DNA of 64,000 nucleotides from Eledone cirrhosa. Lineage: Eukaryota. Under the pieces are notes generated by a model that had not been told where the DNA came from, did no database searches, and saw only the letters and a program-made list of their open reading frames with translations. Position 1 is the first letter of the stretch. The number at the start of each line of letters is the position of its first letter. The position numbers and the translations under genes are program-made. Location of the stretch: the NCBI GenBank assembly GCA_964016885.1, contig OZ024740.1, positions 175,274,001 through 175,338,000 of the forward strand. Direction: 5' to 3'. Of this stretch, positions 38,547 through 51,842 are shown piece by piece.

Positions 38547-40121
38547 GTGAACGCAGGTGAATAGGAGGAAGAAAGAATGCTAAAAGATGGGGGAGGAGGA
38601 GAATAAAAGAAATATGAAATACATAAGAATAAATGAACAAGAAATAAAAAAGTAAAGTGAAAAAAGAATAATCGACAAAATTAAAAATAATTACAAAATT
38701 TGAGCAATATCTGAAGACGAATAAACAGATTAAGTAAGAATAAACAGAAGTGAGCGGGTTGGGGGCGGTGTGATGATGGAAATGTATATTTATATAAAAC
38801 CAAAGCTTTTTTTTTATGTTTGCGCGCATCTGTAAATTTATGGAAATGAGATGAGATAAATAAAGAAAAAGAATACATTAACTGTTCAGCTTTTGTGTTT
38901 GTTTATATGCGTGTCTTTTACATATTTACATATTTGAATATGATTCTTTTTTGTCTTACATTAAAAGGAGTCGTTCAAAAAACGAATCATTAAAATGTTT
39001 GTCTGTGTTAACGATCATCGAGTGTAATAGTTTAATGGTTTATTGGTTGACAAGTTGAAGGGTTTGAAACCTCATGAGGCATATAAGGTTCTAATAACTC
39101 AGTTTGTTTAGCTCTTCACGGATGAGACATTGGGTTGGTTCATATGTAAATAGCTATATGTAGGGGTTATGAAAAGGGACGGGATCAGCCGATACATCGG
39201 TCCGGTGTTCGGAGAGCCAAGCTAAGTGACCAATAATTAGTTTACTATTAATAAATGTAGATAAAACCAAGCCATAGTGATATTAAACTGTATTATTCTT
39301 AAAGCAATATATAAGCAATTCATGCACTCTGTAAAGTGGGGAAATGTAATGTAATGGAGATGTGGCACCTGGCTGTCTGGCAGGTCAGTGGCATCGATTA
39401 GGTACTGACTTCTGTTACAACACGGCAGGGAGAGCGGACATTAATAATGACGATGAAGATACGTATGCATACACACACACACACATACAAACATACACAC
39501 ACACACACATACACACACGCACACGCACGCACACACACACACACACACGAACGCGCGCGCACGCACACACACACACACACATATGTGGTGGTTGTTTGCT
39601 CCATGAGTCAAGGAATTGAAATAGATGTGTGATGGAGAAAGAATAAAGAGAAATAACTAATATATGCTAAACGGTAATATGAGTGATTAAAATATGTTTC
39701 AATATCTGATGAAAATATTTGATAACAAAATATATATAGTACACACACACACACACACACACATACAAACACACACACACACACACACATACAAACACAC
39801 ACACGCGCGCGCGCACATACACACACACACACACACAAACACATACACACACGCACGCACTCACGCACGCACACACGCACACTCACGCACGCGCACACGC
39901 ACACACACACACACACATGTGTATTAAGAATTTTCGAAGAAAAAGCAAAGGAAAAAAGAGTGCTCCATGTATAGAACAGAGCTATTTAATTAGAAAGTGA
40001 ACGACACAATATAAAACTACTCCATTACCAAAGGTTTCAGGACCCTAGACAATATGAAAATACGTCTAATGGAATAGTTATATTGTGTTGTTTACTTTCT
40101 AATTATCTCTATATATATATC

Positions 40122-40530
40122 ATTTGGGAAGAAGGATGAGGATGGAGAGAGAGGTGCTGCACCCCAGCCGTATTTATGAAAGATAGGTGAAAGTGGCGAG
40201 AATGGCCTGTGTGAATGGGCCTTCACTCTACATCAGACTGTAGGTGGGAAAGTTGAAAGATCAAGGGAGCTCCCTCTCTCTGAGCTCCTGAGGAGAAGGG
40301 TTGCACACTTGTTTCGGGTGTGTGTGTGCGACCTCCCCCCCCCCTCCCAGGCGCCTCTTCCCTATTGAGGATTTTGTTATTCAATTTATTTTTGTTATAT
40401 TTTATATTTTTATATTTTTATATTTTTATATTTTGTTATTGCCTCCTCCTTATTGAGGACGCCTTTTTATGTAAACTCCCCCATTGTACTTGTCCCACTC
40501 TTTGATGTCCTGATGGCAAATAAAAAGAAA
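40122..40530 (+). mobile_element. 3' end of a Tx1/L1-like LINE
   Basis: HLGRRMRMEREVLHPSRIYER.VKVARMACVNG, homologous to 12495-12630. Ends AATAAAAAGAAAG then (TA)n. Confidence 0.7.
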
Positions 40531-40540
40531 GTTATATATA

Positions 40541-40587
<47 letters not shown>

Positions 40588-40599
40588 TCTGTGTGTATG

Positions 40600-40737
40600 T
40601 GAGTCCCAGGTTCAATCGGGGTTGACCACATTAAGTCGGTACTCAATACATTAGTAAGAGTGTAAATATCAAGTTAAATATAGAAATGGCTTCTAATGGA
40701 CTAGAACTGTTTCATTCAAAAGTAATCATTAGGAAAG
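40600..40737 (-). repeat. Decayed pLTR end of the 2408 family with broken hammerhead (CTAATGA)
   Basis: GGACTAGAACTGTTTCATTC and GGTACTCAATACA are shared with the 875-2545 unit. Confidence 0.65.
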
Positions 40738-41117
40738 ACAACTGTCATTGTAAAAAAAAAAATGAAATTTAAGAAATTTATTAAAACTTGATTTGTGAGA
40801 GGTGTATGTAAAATGAAACAAAAATAAGCTTGTTTCAGTCATTCCACTGCAGTGATGCCGGGGACGCTGCTTTTAAGTGTTCAGTCGCTCATATGGATAC
40901 CAATACTTATCTCAATGTGTATCTGGATATGACAACGATAAAAGCACGTCACGGAATCATCAAATAAACCCACCGCCACTATTATTACTACACATAGCTA
41001 CTGGAATAAAACCAAGAGACAGTATTATTAGTGACTGCATGCTGTTAGTACACTACTGATCTACGTACGGAAGTGTGTATACATACATGGGCATGCATGT
41101 ATGTATACCTATACGCA

Positions 41118-41186
<69 letters not shown>

Positions 41187-41253
41187 CTCTCTCTCTCTCT
41201 CTATATATATATACGATATTAATAAATGGAAACTATATTTATAAAACCATATT

Positions 41254-41318
41254 TATTTCATTATACATATTTCAGGGATACCAAATTAAATTATGGTATG
41301 CCTTCATCAGACAAAATA
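41254..41318 (-). ncRNA. Type I hammerhead ribozyme
   Basis: Reverse complement: TATTTTGT-CTGATGA-AGGCATACCA...TGGTATCCCT-GAAA-TATGTA-TA-ATGAAATA. Confidence 0.78.
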
Positions 41319-41939
41319 CAATATATAACAGTTTTACAAATAAGTTTAACCAAATACTTGTCGAGTGCTTTATATCAGTTATAAAAATATTTACTTGTTG
41401 TATCCCAACAATTTTAAATAGAACTTTTGCATATATATATATATATATATATATACAAATATAAATTAGCGAGAATAAAACAAGGACGAATGGTTACCCC
41501 TTCATTACGTGTATTGGTCAGTTCAAGGTTCGACCTGTATCGATCTAAGCCGACTCTGTAATCAATGGCTCGTCGGAGTTCTGTGGTAGTAATGACAGAA
41601 TCGGGCTATATCGATACAGATCGAACCTAGAGCTGATCAATAGCGAAACGCGCGTCACCAACCAATAAACGTAATGAAGGAGTAGACATTCATCCTTGTA
41701 TTATTATACTACACTCTGTCTAGATCTACACCTCGATACTGACGTGAACCTAAACATCGAGTGCTCACCGGGGTGAACCTACAGTAACTCCGCGTTACAC
41801 TCCCTGGATATATATATATATATATACATGTAAAGTTATATTTAAAATTGTTGGGTTACAACTAGTAAATATTTATAACTGATATAATAAGTTTATTACG
41901 GTATGTCGAATATATTTATCTATAAAACTGTTTATATTG

Positions 41940-42005
41940 TATTTTGTCTGATGAAGGCATAGCATATTGTTAATATGATATCCCCGAAATATATATAATG
42001 AAATA
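41940..42005 (+). ncRNA. Type I hammerhead ribozyme (mirror copy)
   Basis: TATTTTGT-CTGATGA-AGGCATAGCATATT..AATATGATATCCCC-GAAA-TATATA-TA-ATGAAATA. Confidence 0.75.
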
Positions 42006-42045
42006 AATATGGTTTTATAAATATAGTTTTCCATTTATTTAATAT

Positions 42046-42134
<89 letters not shown>

Positions 42135-42135
<1 letters not shown>

Positions 42136-43250
42136 TCACCTTGATCACCTTGACCGACCAGTCTGTCGGGCGTCCATTCAGCGCCGCTGGTCACAGCACG
42201 CCGTCCATTCCTCTCTGGATCGTGCTTTCCTCATTCATGTATTCCCAATCGTATTCTTAAAATCGTAACTCCACCCTTGTGGAGGCCTTCCGAGTGGTCG
42301 TTTCCGCTTGCGCGGGTACCACTCGGAAATTGCGCGGGTCCGCCGATTATAGGTGAACCGGTCGACCTGTCCAGCCCATCTGAACTTGCTGCGCATATAT
42401 TCCGTGATGACGTCCCTCACGCCGGACTTCTGTCTGATGATTTCGCTCCTGATGTGCTCTCTCAACGAGATTCCTAACATTGATCTCTCCATGGCTCTTT
42501 GAGCCGTTACCAGCCTCTGCTCTTCTCTCTTCGTTGTAGCTCAAGTTTCACTGCCATATAACATTGCAGGTAAAACTGTGCTATTTAAGAAGTTGGCGCG
42601 GGTGGTCTTGTCCGTCCCCCCCCCTTGAGCACATCCCTTATGCCGTTGAACGCCTTCCATCCGTCCCTTACTCTCCGCGATATCTCCCTCTCAATGTCTC
42701 GGCGCATGTTCACTTCTTGTCCCAGGTAGACGTATTCCTCCACCTCCTCTATTTCATCACCGCCAACCACCATTCGACCTGTTGTTACGTTGTCGGACCG
42801 CATGAACTTCGTTTTCATGCGGTTCATCTTGAGGCCTACTGCAGAGCTTTTGATGTCGAGCTCCGTCAGCGGGGTCTGAAGCTGATCCGTGGTTTCAGCG
42901 ATAAGTACGATGTCATCAGCGAAACGGAGGTGGGTAAGTATCTCGCCGTTGATGTTGACACCGCCTTGCCAGTCAATGCCTCTGATGATCTGCTCGAGAC
43001 ACGCGGTGAAAAGTTTTGGAGAGATCGTATCTCCTTGCTTCACTCCCTTCTCGACCGGCACTCGTACGGGTGATGTCAGCAGAGCTATGTCGGTGGTGCA
43101 TTCGGAACTCGCCTCCCTGAGCAGTTGAACGTATTGCGCCTCGACTCTTTGCCTCTGCAGCGAGTTCAGCACTGCGTTGATTTCGACGCTGTCGAAGGCC
43201 TTCTCGTAGTCTACGAACGCGATGCAAAGAGGCATCTTGTACTCTTTTGT
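42135..43250 (-). mobile_element. 5'-truncated RTE-clade LINE (RT domain and C-terminus, frameshifted)
   Basis: PLCIAFVDYEKAFDSVE; GVKQGDTISPKLF; HLRFADDIVL; YVYLGQ; MERSMLG...KFRWAG...RPLGRP. Short tandem tail (TCAAGGTGA)x2. Confidence 0.92.
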
Positions 43251-43488
43251 TCGCTTATACTCTTGTACTCTTTTGCTTGAGCGAGCATATATATATATAT
43301 ATATATATATTACTAAAAGTCTGTGATTGCTTGCTTACTTGTCTGTAATGTAATACAACCAAAAGGGCGCATAATGGGAAAATACTTTGAAAGGAAGTTG
43401 TCCCTGAAATGGGAATACAAATGGAATAAAACAAGTTTCGCGTAAATCGGACCACGGGATCCCGAGATATGGGTTTTTTCCGGGTACC

Positions 43489-43526
<38 letters not shown>

Positions 43527-43603
43527 TTGTTGACAGAGTAGATTGAAAGAGAGACATAGAATAAGAATGGAAGAGAGCTGGTGGTGTTGTGTATATATAT
43601 ATA

Positions 43604-43759
<156 letters not shown>

Positions 43760-44622
43760 CTATAACCAGAGCATATAGATCAATGACATCCACATACACA
43801 CACACACATATACACATATATATATATATACGCACATTTATATATATACATACACACACGTATATATATGGGGCCTTCCAGTTTCATTTCACATTATATA
43901 CATGTCTGTGTATATTTTAATTATTTAAAATTTTATTTTTAAGTGAACAGGATTTAAAAAAAAAATACTTTGAAGTGAAGGTGAGCCAACGGATCATGGT
44001 TGATTTAGTATACAATACAATTAGGATAACTGGCAATGGAAAACAAGACGAACGGACATTTTTTTCTCTTTAAAACAACAATAGGAGAAAAGGACAAATG
44101 AAAGACACATAACTCCAAGGTCTTCAGCCGTTGAGATGGACCTAGGAAGTTCCGACCCTTACCAACTGCTGGTCCACCCGAGGTCACAGTGTCTGACAAA
44201 TACTCTAAAGCGCCGCCCCTGGATTAAAAGACAAGACAAAACAAGAACTTACAGTATTTAAGCCATGACAGATACACATAAGATTTCATGTGACGACTAT
44301 CAGAATGTATTGTGCCTTCTATAGCAATGATAGTATCGCCAGACTGAAAAAAAGAGGTAAAAAAGAAAAAGAAAGGAAAAAAGGCAAGAAAAACAAAGTA
44401 AGAAATCGTGTTAAAAATGATTGTGGGGAGGGGATGAACACGTTCGTCACAGATTAATAATAATGAAATTAGGATATATAATTATTTTGATCAATACTCA
44501 AAATATCGATCATGTAAGTACATTCGCTTACATTCCGATTTCCATAGTGCCTCTATATATATATACGCATTGTCTTGGATACATTTTGCTGTCTAAGCAA
44601 TATTTACTGATGTGTTATTATT

Positions 44623-44672
<50 letters not shown>

Positions 44673-44718
44673 ATATATATAACTCTTGCTAGCAGGGAAA
44701 CGGCCATTACATGATGAT

Positions 44719-44750
<32 letters not shown>

Positions 44751-44763
44751 TGTATGTATGTAT

Positions 44764-45994
44764 GTCAGGTCACCACTTGGTGCTACTGGTAACATGTATC
44801 CCAGTACAACCTGTCTCATGGTCGGGTCGTTGGCGACTAAACTGGCAACCCCACCAAGGCTTCTTGGTGAGGAGGGTGACTTTGGACATCCTGCAGGACT
44901 AAAAACAAAACCTGTCAAAGGGCAAAGGAGCTCATAAGAGTCAATGGCCATCCAAAATCACTGGGAGAGATGACCCCTTAGCCTTTGTCAAGGCAGAATT
45001 CTAGGAGAAGGAAAACTCTGATATAACACCTGCAACCCTGATGGTATCCAATGATGTTGACTTGTTCTTCTTTTTGGTAAATATCATCTTGGTTAAGAGA
45101 GTGGGACTGGCTTTGTGCAGTGCCTTTGCTCACTATAAAAGCTTCACGGCACAGGCATTGCTTTGTATCTGGAGATCTCTCTGCACTTGTCGTCACATGG
45201 TATCAAGGGTAAAGCACTATGTGTCAATAATTGTCACAAGTGTAGTGTTTGTACCAGAGTTTTCAAGTCGCTGGCTGGACTAAAAAGTCACACTCGTTCA
45301 GCGCATCGGTAGGGGTTCTCCTACATGGATATAAAGTAGTGGCCGTACTCGAAAACGAGTTGGCAGCCACCATGTATGTATGTATGTATGTATGTATGTA
45401 TGTATGTATGTATGTATGTCACATCACCAGTTGGTGCTACTGGTAACATGTATCCCAGTACAACCTGTCTGGCAACCCCACCAAGATTTCTTGGTGAGGA
45501 GGGTGACTTTGGTCATTCTGCAGGACTAAAAACAAAACCTGTCATAGGGCAAGGGAGCTCTTAAGAGTCAATGGCCATCCAAAATCACCGGGAGATATGA
45601 CCCCTTAGCCTTTGTCAAGGCAGAATTCTAGGAGAAGGAAAACTCTGATATAACACCTGCAACCCTGATGGTATCCAATGATGATGACTTGTTCTTCTTT
45701 TTGGTAAATATCATCTTGGTTAAGAGAGTGGGACTGGCTTTGTGCAGTGCCTTTGCTATAAAAGCTTCACGGCACAGGCATTGCGTTATATCTGGAGATC
45801 TCTCTGCACTTGTCGTCACATGGTACCATGGGCCCAGCACTATGTGTCAATAATTGTCCCAAGTGTAGTGTTTGTACCAGAGTTTTCAAGTCGCTGGCTG
45901 GACTAAAAAGTCACACTCGTTCAGCGCATCGGTAGGGGTTCTCCTACATGGATATAAAGTAGTGGCCGTACTCGAAAACGAGTTGGCAGCCACC
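44764..45994 (+). mobile_element. Two head-to-tail copies (44764-45371, 45418-45994) of the 608-bp repeat, separated and flanked by (TATG)n
   Basis: Direct comparison of the copies. Both end ...GAGTTGGCAGCCACC followed by (ATGT)n; the second has a deletion of about 26 bp near its 5' end. Confidence 0.88.
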
Positions 45995-46029
45995 ATGTAT
46001 GTATGTAACTGTGACACGCCGTTTTTTTG

Positions 46030-46950
46030 CCTTGCTTAACACATTACTGCCACTTTCGGCTAGCACTCAGCTGGTCAGCGGCGGCTTGCGCATCAGTGTC
46101 TCCTTGAGACTCTGGTTCCGGATCTGTGAGCCTCACAAATACCAACTGAAGATACTTTCGATCTCTATCCACTGTCATGCCGTAATAGTGATGACTGCCT
46201 CTCATGTTATGATCCTTTCAAGAAGGTTATAAAGCATGTCCTGGACTGTGCCAGCGGGGCTAAACCGAAGAGACGATAAAGGATCAAACGGTACGACAGT
46301 CTTTCCGTTCTAAATGGTTAGGTCTCTCATCTGATATGCCCCTTCGACTCATTCAGGATATAAAGCTGGTGACATCTCACTTTGAAAGAAATATATGCCC
46401 GGCCTCCCACGCATATCTGTCGTACGTAAAAAGAGAGTAAGATTTGCTGGCCACTGCCATCTATCACCTCTGAGGATGTGTCCCCACTATTGCTCTGGAA
46501 ACCACAAGCAATCAAAAATAACAGGGGGAGCAAGCTCTCCTATCCCGACGTCGTCTCCAGAGACTCTGGTATTGAACAACAGACTGACGTGGAGATCAAT
46601 TGTTGAGTCGATTTCGGCTGAGGCTGCCGGATGATAAGAAGCCACATGTGCCACCTTCTCTAACAGCAACCTGGTGCTTTCAGTTACCAGCCCAATTTTC
46701 GTTGACCACCAACCCGAAGAGGGCAAACTGTTCTCTGATAGGTTTGTTGTTGAGCCTGTGACAGTGGAGAACTCCGGCGTTTTTGGCCCCCAGACCACAT
46801 CTCTGCTCACTGCTATCGGAATGGAGTTGGCAACACGCAAGTGCGAGCCCCGTGAGGTCAACTGGATGTTCCAGGGCGTCACTCTCGCCGTCCTCAGTGG
46901 TAATGTCTTCTCCATCCTGTCGTCCGGGATCACGCGGCAGACTATCCTTT
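46030..46950 (+). pseudogene. C-terminal restriction-like endonuclease region of a CRE-like non-LTR element, split by an insertion
   Basis: LRISVSLRL..RICEPHK; PAGLNRRDDK...GTTVFPF...RSLI | ATC.TFSNSNL; FVVEPVTVENSGVFG...CEPREVNWMFQGVTLAVLSGN. Confidence 0.72.
46336..46637 (+). mobile_element. 3' fragment of an RTE/RTE-X-like LINE nested in the CRE-like relic
   Basis: LPRIS.VRKKRVRFAGHC, then LLLWKP...RGSKLSYPDVVSRDSG and WRSIVESISAEAAG* with a short GAT tail. Confidence 0.65.
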
Positions 46951-47971
46951 AAGTTTTACTTGCTCTAAATACACTACATGATGACAAGGACCACATAGTA
47001 TATATACACTCAAATACACTTGAAGTTCTTACACATACATAATATATATGCATTTAATTATGTATGTATTTTGTCCTCCGCTAACGACAGGTCTCCACGA
47101 GGAAGAGGCCCTGCCAGTTTGCAGTCAGCTAACGTGATGTAGCTTATTTTGTGACTTCCAGCTAGCCACTCATAGACTCATATGGTTTTTGGCTAATATT
47201 ATTTTTCCTTGCTGCATAATTATGTCTAGTTAGCTTTTAAATTGAATGCAGTAAATTTTGCTAACATAAACTTAACTGCTATCTTTCTATCTGTCACGAG
47301 TCAGCTTATTAATCCTAAAACATCAAGCTCTCACAACAATACATTTATATGTCTGAAATAGTCCACCTGATTTCACACCGACATAAGTAATATTTCTTTT
47401 AGTTAGTTATTTACCTACTACTAATGTAACTCATTAGTAAGTGTGTCATTTATTGTTTCAGTAAATGTGTTGTTGACAATGAGGCCAACATATAAAGTTA
47501 ATCCTGAACAGAATTAGAAGGATTTATAGAACCGGTTCTTATCACCAGTTAAATGTAGCATTAAGCGGATGAGAGATATATTCCTCCCATAAATACGATG
47601 TTAGTCTATTCCGGTTAGCTTCTTCCTCATGAATTACTGACCTTGGCACTATGAATTTGCGAAACACTCGTCAATTCCACGTTACTGCTGTTGCTTATGC
47701 TTGCATAAATGAAATGTTATTCTGTGTTAGACGAGTCCGCTAAGTGTTAATTATTTAGATTGCGGGAAAGGACTCAGGAGACAACTAAAAAATAATAAAA
47801 GAGCAGTTGAGTTAACGATGATAAATTTCGACGAATTAAAATCACGTTCACATTTAGGATACAGAAACATCAGACCAATGATTGGACTGCATCAAATTTA
47901 GCGAATGTAAAGGGGAGAAAAAGACAACATTTTAATTACTTTGGTTTTGAATTATGATTACAATAAAAGTT

Positions 47972-48182
47972 TTTGATTTAGGCACAAGGCCAGCAATTTT
48001 AGTGGAAGAGGAAAGTCGATTAAATCGATCCCAGTGCGTGACTGGGACTTTATTTTTCGACCCCGGAAGCATGAAAGGCAAAACTAACTTCCGTGGTATT
48101 TGAACTCAGATCATAAAGGTCCGTAACTCTATTCTGCAAAGCATGGTGTCCGACGCTCTACCGATACTGCCAATCCACCGCC
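47972..48182 (-). mobile_element. tRNA-derived SINE
   Basis: Full-length match to the window's dominant SINE. Confidence 0.85.
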
Positions 48183-48964
48183 CTTCTTACCTATATAATA
48201 ATGAGAGAGAAAACATTAAATCAATGACAAATATTGTGTTATTTTGATCTTTGGCAAGTATGTTATCTTTCCATCTGTCTCGAGTCATCTATTAATCCTA
48301 ACTCATATCGCTAATATATGCCTAATAGTTATATATGTCTAATAGTGTTAATTCATTATGTTATGCACATGTGTAACTCCTGGTATTTTGGCTATGGGAT
48401 TGGCTGCATCACTTTTCAATCATTTGCAATGTACTTGTTATTATAGTAATTGTTTCTGATTTTAATCCCTAATGATCTAGTTATCTTTCTTTCCAGATGT
48501 AATATTAGGATAGTTTCTGCATTCCATTAGAGATACATTATCGTTTATAGGAACTATATCGACCAAGAGGTACTTCTTCGTGGTCGATTACAATAATCGA
48601 TCAATTTACCTTAATTTCCCTGACTGAGCGTTGGCATATACCAGAAAATGGACACATTATAATTCCCTTACACTTTTCTCTTTAACTTTTATAGCATCCT
48701 ATTCCAGAATATCAAGCCTGTGTATGTATATTGTCTTTTGAATAAGACTGTGCAGTCCAACCAGAGGCAATATGTTTAATTGTTTCTAGTGTGACGCAAC
48801 TGCTAAAAACAAACGCCTAAAACCACAAATAAAACAATAAACAAACAAGAAAATAAACAATCAGTTAACAATAACAACGTTCGGTCCAAGCTTTACAATA
48901 TTGCACAGGTGGTGGTTTTCTTTGGCATTGCTTTAGCATAATTGTCTCTTATATATTTACTCAA

Positions 48965-49420
48965 TTGGCAGTATCGGTAGAGGGTTGCACGCCATGCTTT
49001 CTAGCATAGAGTTACGTCCCTTTGCGGTCTGAATTCAAATCCCGTCGGGGTTAACTTTGCTTTCATCCTTACGGGTTCGATAAAATAAAGTACCAGTAAC
49101 GTATAGGGGTCAGTTTAATCGACCCCCCCCCCCAAAAAACAAAACAAAAAAACAAACCTACTGGCCTTGTGCCTATACTAGAAATCATTATTTGGTAAAA
49201 TATAGGGATATGGATTGACAGTACCGGTAGAGTCGGACAATATACTTTGCAGTATAAAGTTATGTCCCTTTACGTTCTGAGTTCAAATCCCGCCAACGTT
49301 AGCTTTGCTATTCATCCTTACGTGGTATATAAAATGAAGCCCCATTAACGCACTGGAACCGATTTATTCGACTTTCCCCTCTTCTAAAATTGTTGACCTT
49401 GTTCTAAAGTAGAAACCAAT
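48965..49420 (+). mobile_element. Two tandem SINE copies (48965-49190, 49212-49420)
   Basis: A/B boxes, core and tail each present twice. Confidence 0.85.
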
Positions 49421-49431
49421 TTTTAGTAGAA

Positions 49432-50077
<646 letters not shown>

Positions 50078-50183
50078 TCGCTAAATCGCCTAATGTCATT
50101 GAAAATTTGAAATATGTTTTGCTCAAAACACTCACAGGACCATAAGTATTTCATGTGTACATTCTCTGTTTTAGATATATAGA

Positions 50184-50693
50184 CTAGCAGAAAACCACCC
50201 GGTGGGCGGTTTTCTGCTAACAAATATAGTGTATATACTGATATTGTTGAAATTTGGATGAGAAATGTTTTCGGCACCACATGTTCACCGTCTCTCGGTG
50301 TGTCTTTTATGCATGTATAAATATATATGTTATCTATACGGTGAAATTTTTGAAATAAATATATGTTAAAACGAAAAAGGAGAAAAAGAGATTAGTGACG
50401 GAAATATAAACGTTATGATACATAAACGTTATGATATAACGATGGAAATATATAAACGTTTACGATAAAACGATGGAAATAGAAACGTTTATATATAATG
50501 ATAAGCCGAAACACTCGTAAGCCGAAACACCCGTAAGTCGAAACACTAGTAAAGCGAAACGTATAAATAAAGATTAATGTAATGAATTTGAAAAGCATAG
50601 GGATTTGAAACCGCGTCTATTTGTTTCCTTGGCATTTTTTACAGACGGACAGACAAACAAACAGAGAAATGCCCATTATATATTATAAGTAGA
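50184..50693 (-). mobile_element. Non-autonomous Helitron-like element with internal AAACG-rich minisatellite
   Basis: Minus 5' end TCTACTTATAATATATAA..(CTGT)n. The 3' end has a GC hairpin followed by TTTTCTG-CTAG|T. Confidence 0.62.
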
Positions 50694-50949
50694 CTTGGTA
50701 TGGTGTCAAGTCAGAACCGCCTCGAACTGGTTACTTCTGGCTTGTGCAAGGTGTCTCTATAGCAACCAGCGATTCCCTCGGCCTCAGTGACCAAAGTCAG
50801 TGGAGAGGGGAAGGTAATGTTTCTATAGCGACAGTGTTTCTCTTGGTAGTACCAAAATGGAGAAAGGAAGGGGAAGGTAATATTTCTGTAGCACCTACAT
50901 TTGAGTTTTAGGGAAGGACAGACAGACAGACAGACAGACAGAGAAATGC

Positions 50950-50960
50950 CCATATATTTC

Positions 50961-51005
<45 letters not shown>

Positions 51006-51031
51006 CACACACATAAATGTATATATATTTC

Positions 51032-51068
<37 letters not shown>

Positions 51069-51262
51069 TACACACACAGAAATGTATATATATTTCTGTA
51101 TGTATATATATATATATTACACACACAGAAATGTATATATATTTCTGTGTGTATATATATATATTTCTCTGTGTGTATATATATATATATATTACACACA
51201 CCGAAATGTATATATATTTCTGTGTGTATATATATTACACACACAGAAATGTATATATATTT
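50950..51262. repeat. Tandem array of palindromic units ACACACAGAAAT-GTATATAT-ATTTCTGTGTGT
   Basis: About 5-6 units; a second array lies at 52905-53108. Confidence 0.8.
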
Positions 51263-51364
51263 CTTAGAACAAAATTATTATTAATGTTTTGCTGTTCATA
51301 ACAATTGGAATTGAAAAATTACTTTTACTAATGCTTAGATATGTAAAAATGAAGCAATGTTTCT

Positions 51365-51535
51365 AATAATTGTTTCTACTTTTGGCACAAGGCCAGCAAT
51401 TTGCCAATACATTACTGGTACTTTATTTTATCGACCTCGTGAGGATGAAAGGCAAAGTTAACCTCGGCGGTATTTGAACTCAGACCGTAAAAGGACGTAA
51501 CTCCATGCTATGAAGCATGGTGTCCGACTCTCTAC
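51365..51535 (-). mobile_element. tRNA-derived SINE
   Basis: Same family as above. Confidence 0.85.
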
Positions 51536-51842
51536 AGTCTGTACGTAATGTCTGTACGTAATGAGGGAGTGAGAGGGGAGAGAAAGAAAGGCAGAGGTGA
51601 AGTGACGAAGTGACTCTCTTCTCCTCCTCCTCCTCCTCCTCCATCTCCCCATTCGTCACAGCGATATAGGGGAGGAATGTTAGTGTGTTACAAAGAGAAA
51701 GAGTGAGAGTGAGAGAAACAGACAGACTAAAAGAGAGGGATAGCTGGAGAGAGAGAGAGAGAGATAGCAACAGATACAGTACAGTAGCTAAGGGATGTAT
51801 ATGTATATACATTTCTGTGTGTGTACATATATATATATACAA

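Larger units (their letters stand above)
41217..42046. repeat. Older fold-back unit (arms 41217-41432 / 41828-42046) with a second fold-back (about 41474-41706) nested at its centre
   Basis: AATAAATGGAAACTATATTTATAAAACCATATTTATTTCATTATA is mirrored at 41995-42040. Inner arms CAAGGACGAATG...CTTCATTACGT / ACGTAATGAAG...CATTCATCCTTG. Confidence 0.82.

Noticed and set aside
44764-44860. HDV-like ribozyme at the 5' end of the 608-bp repeat
   Set aside because: CCAGT/ACTGG with CTAA and a TCCCAG loop are suggestive, but I could not thread P1, P2, P3 and P1.1 in the required order, and the loop U is not conserved in the diverged copy.
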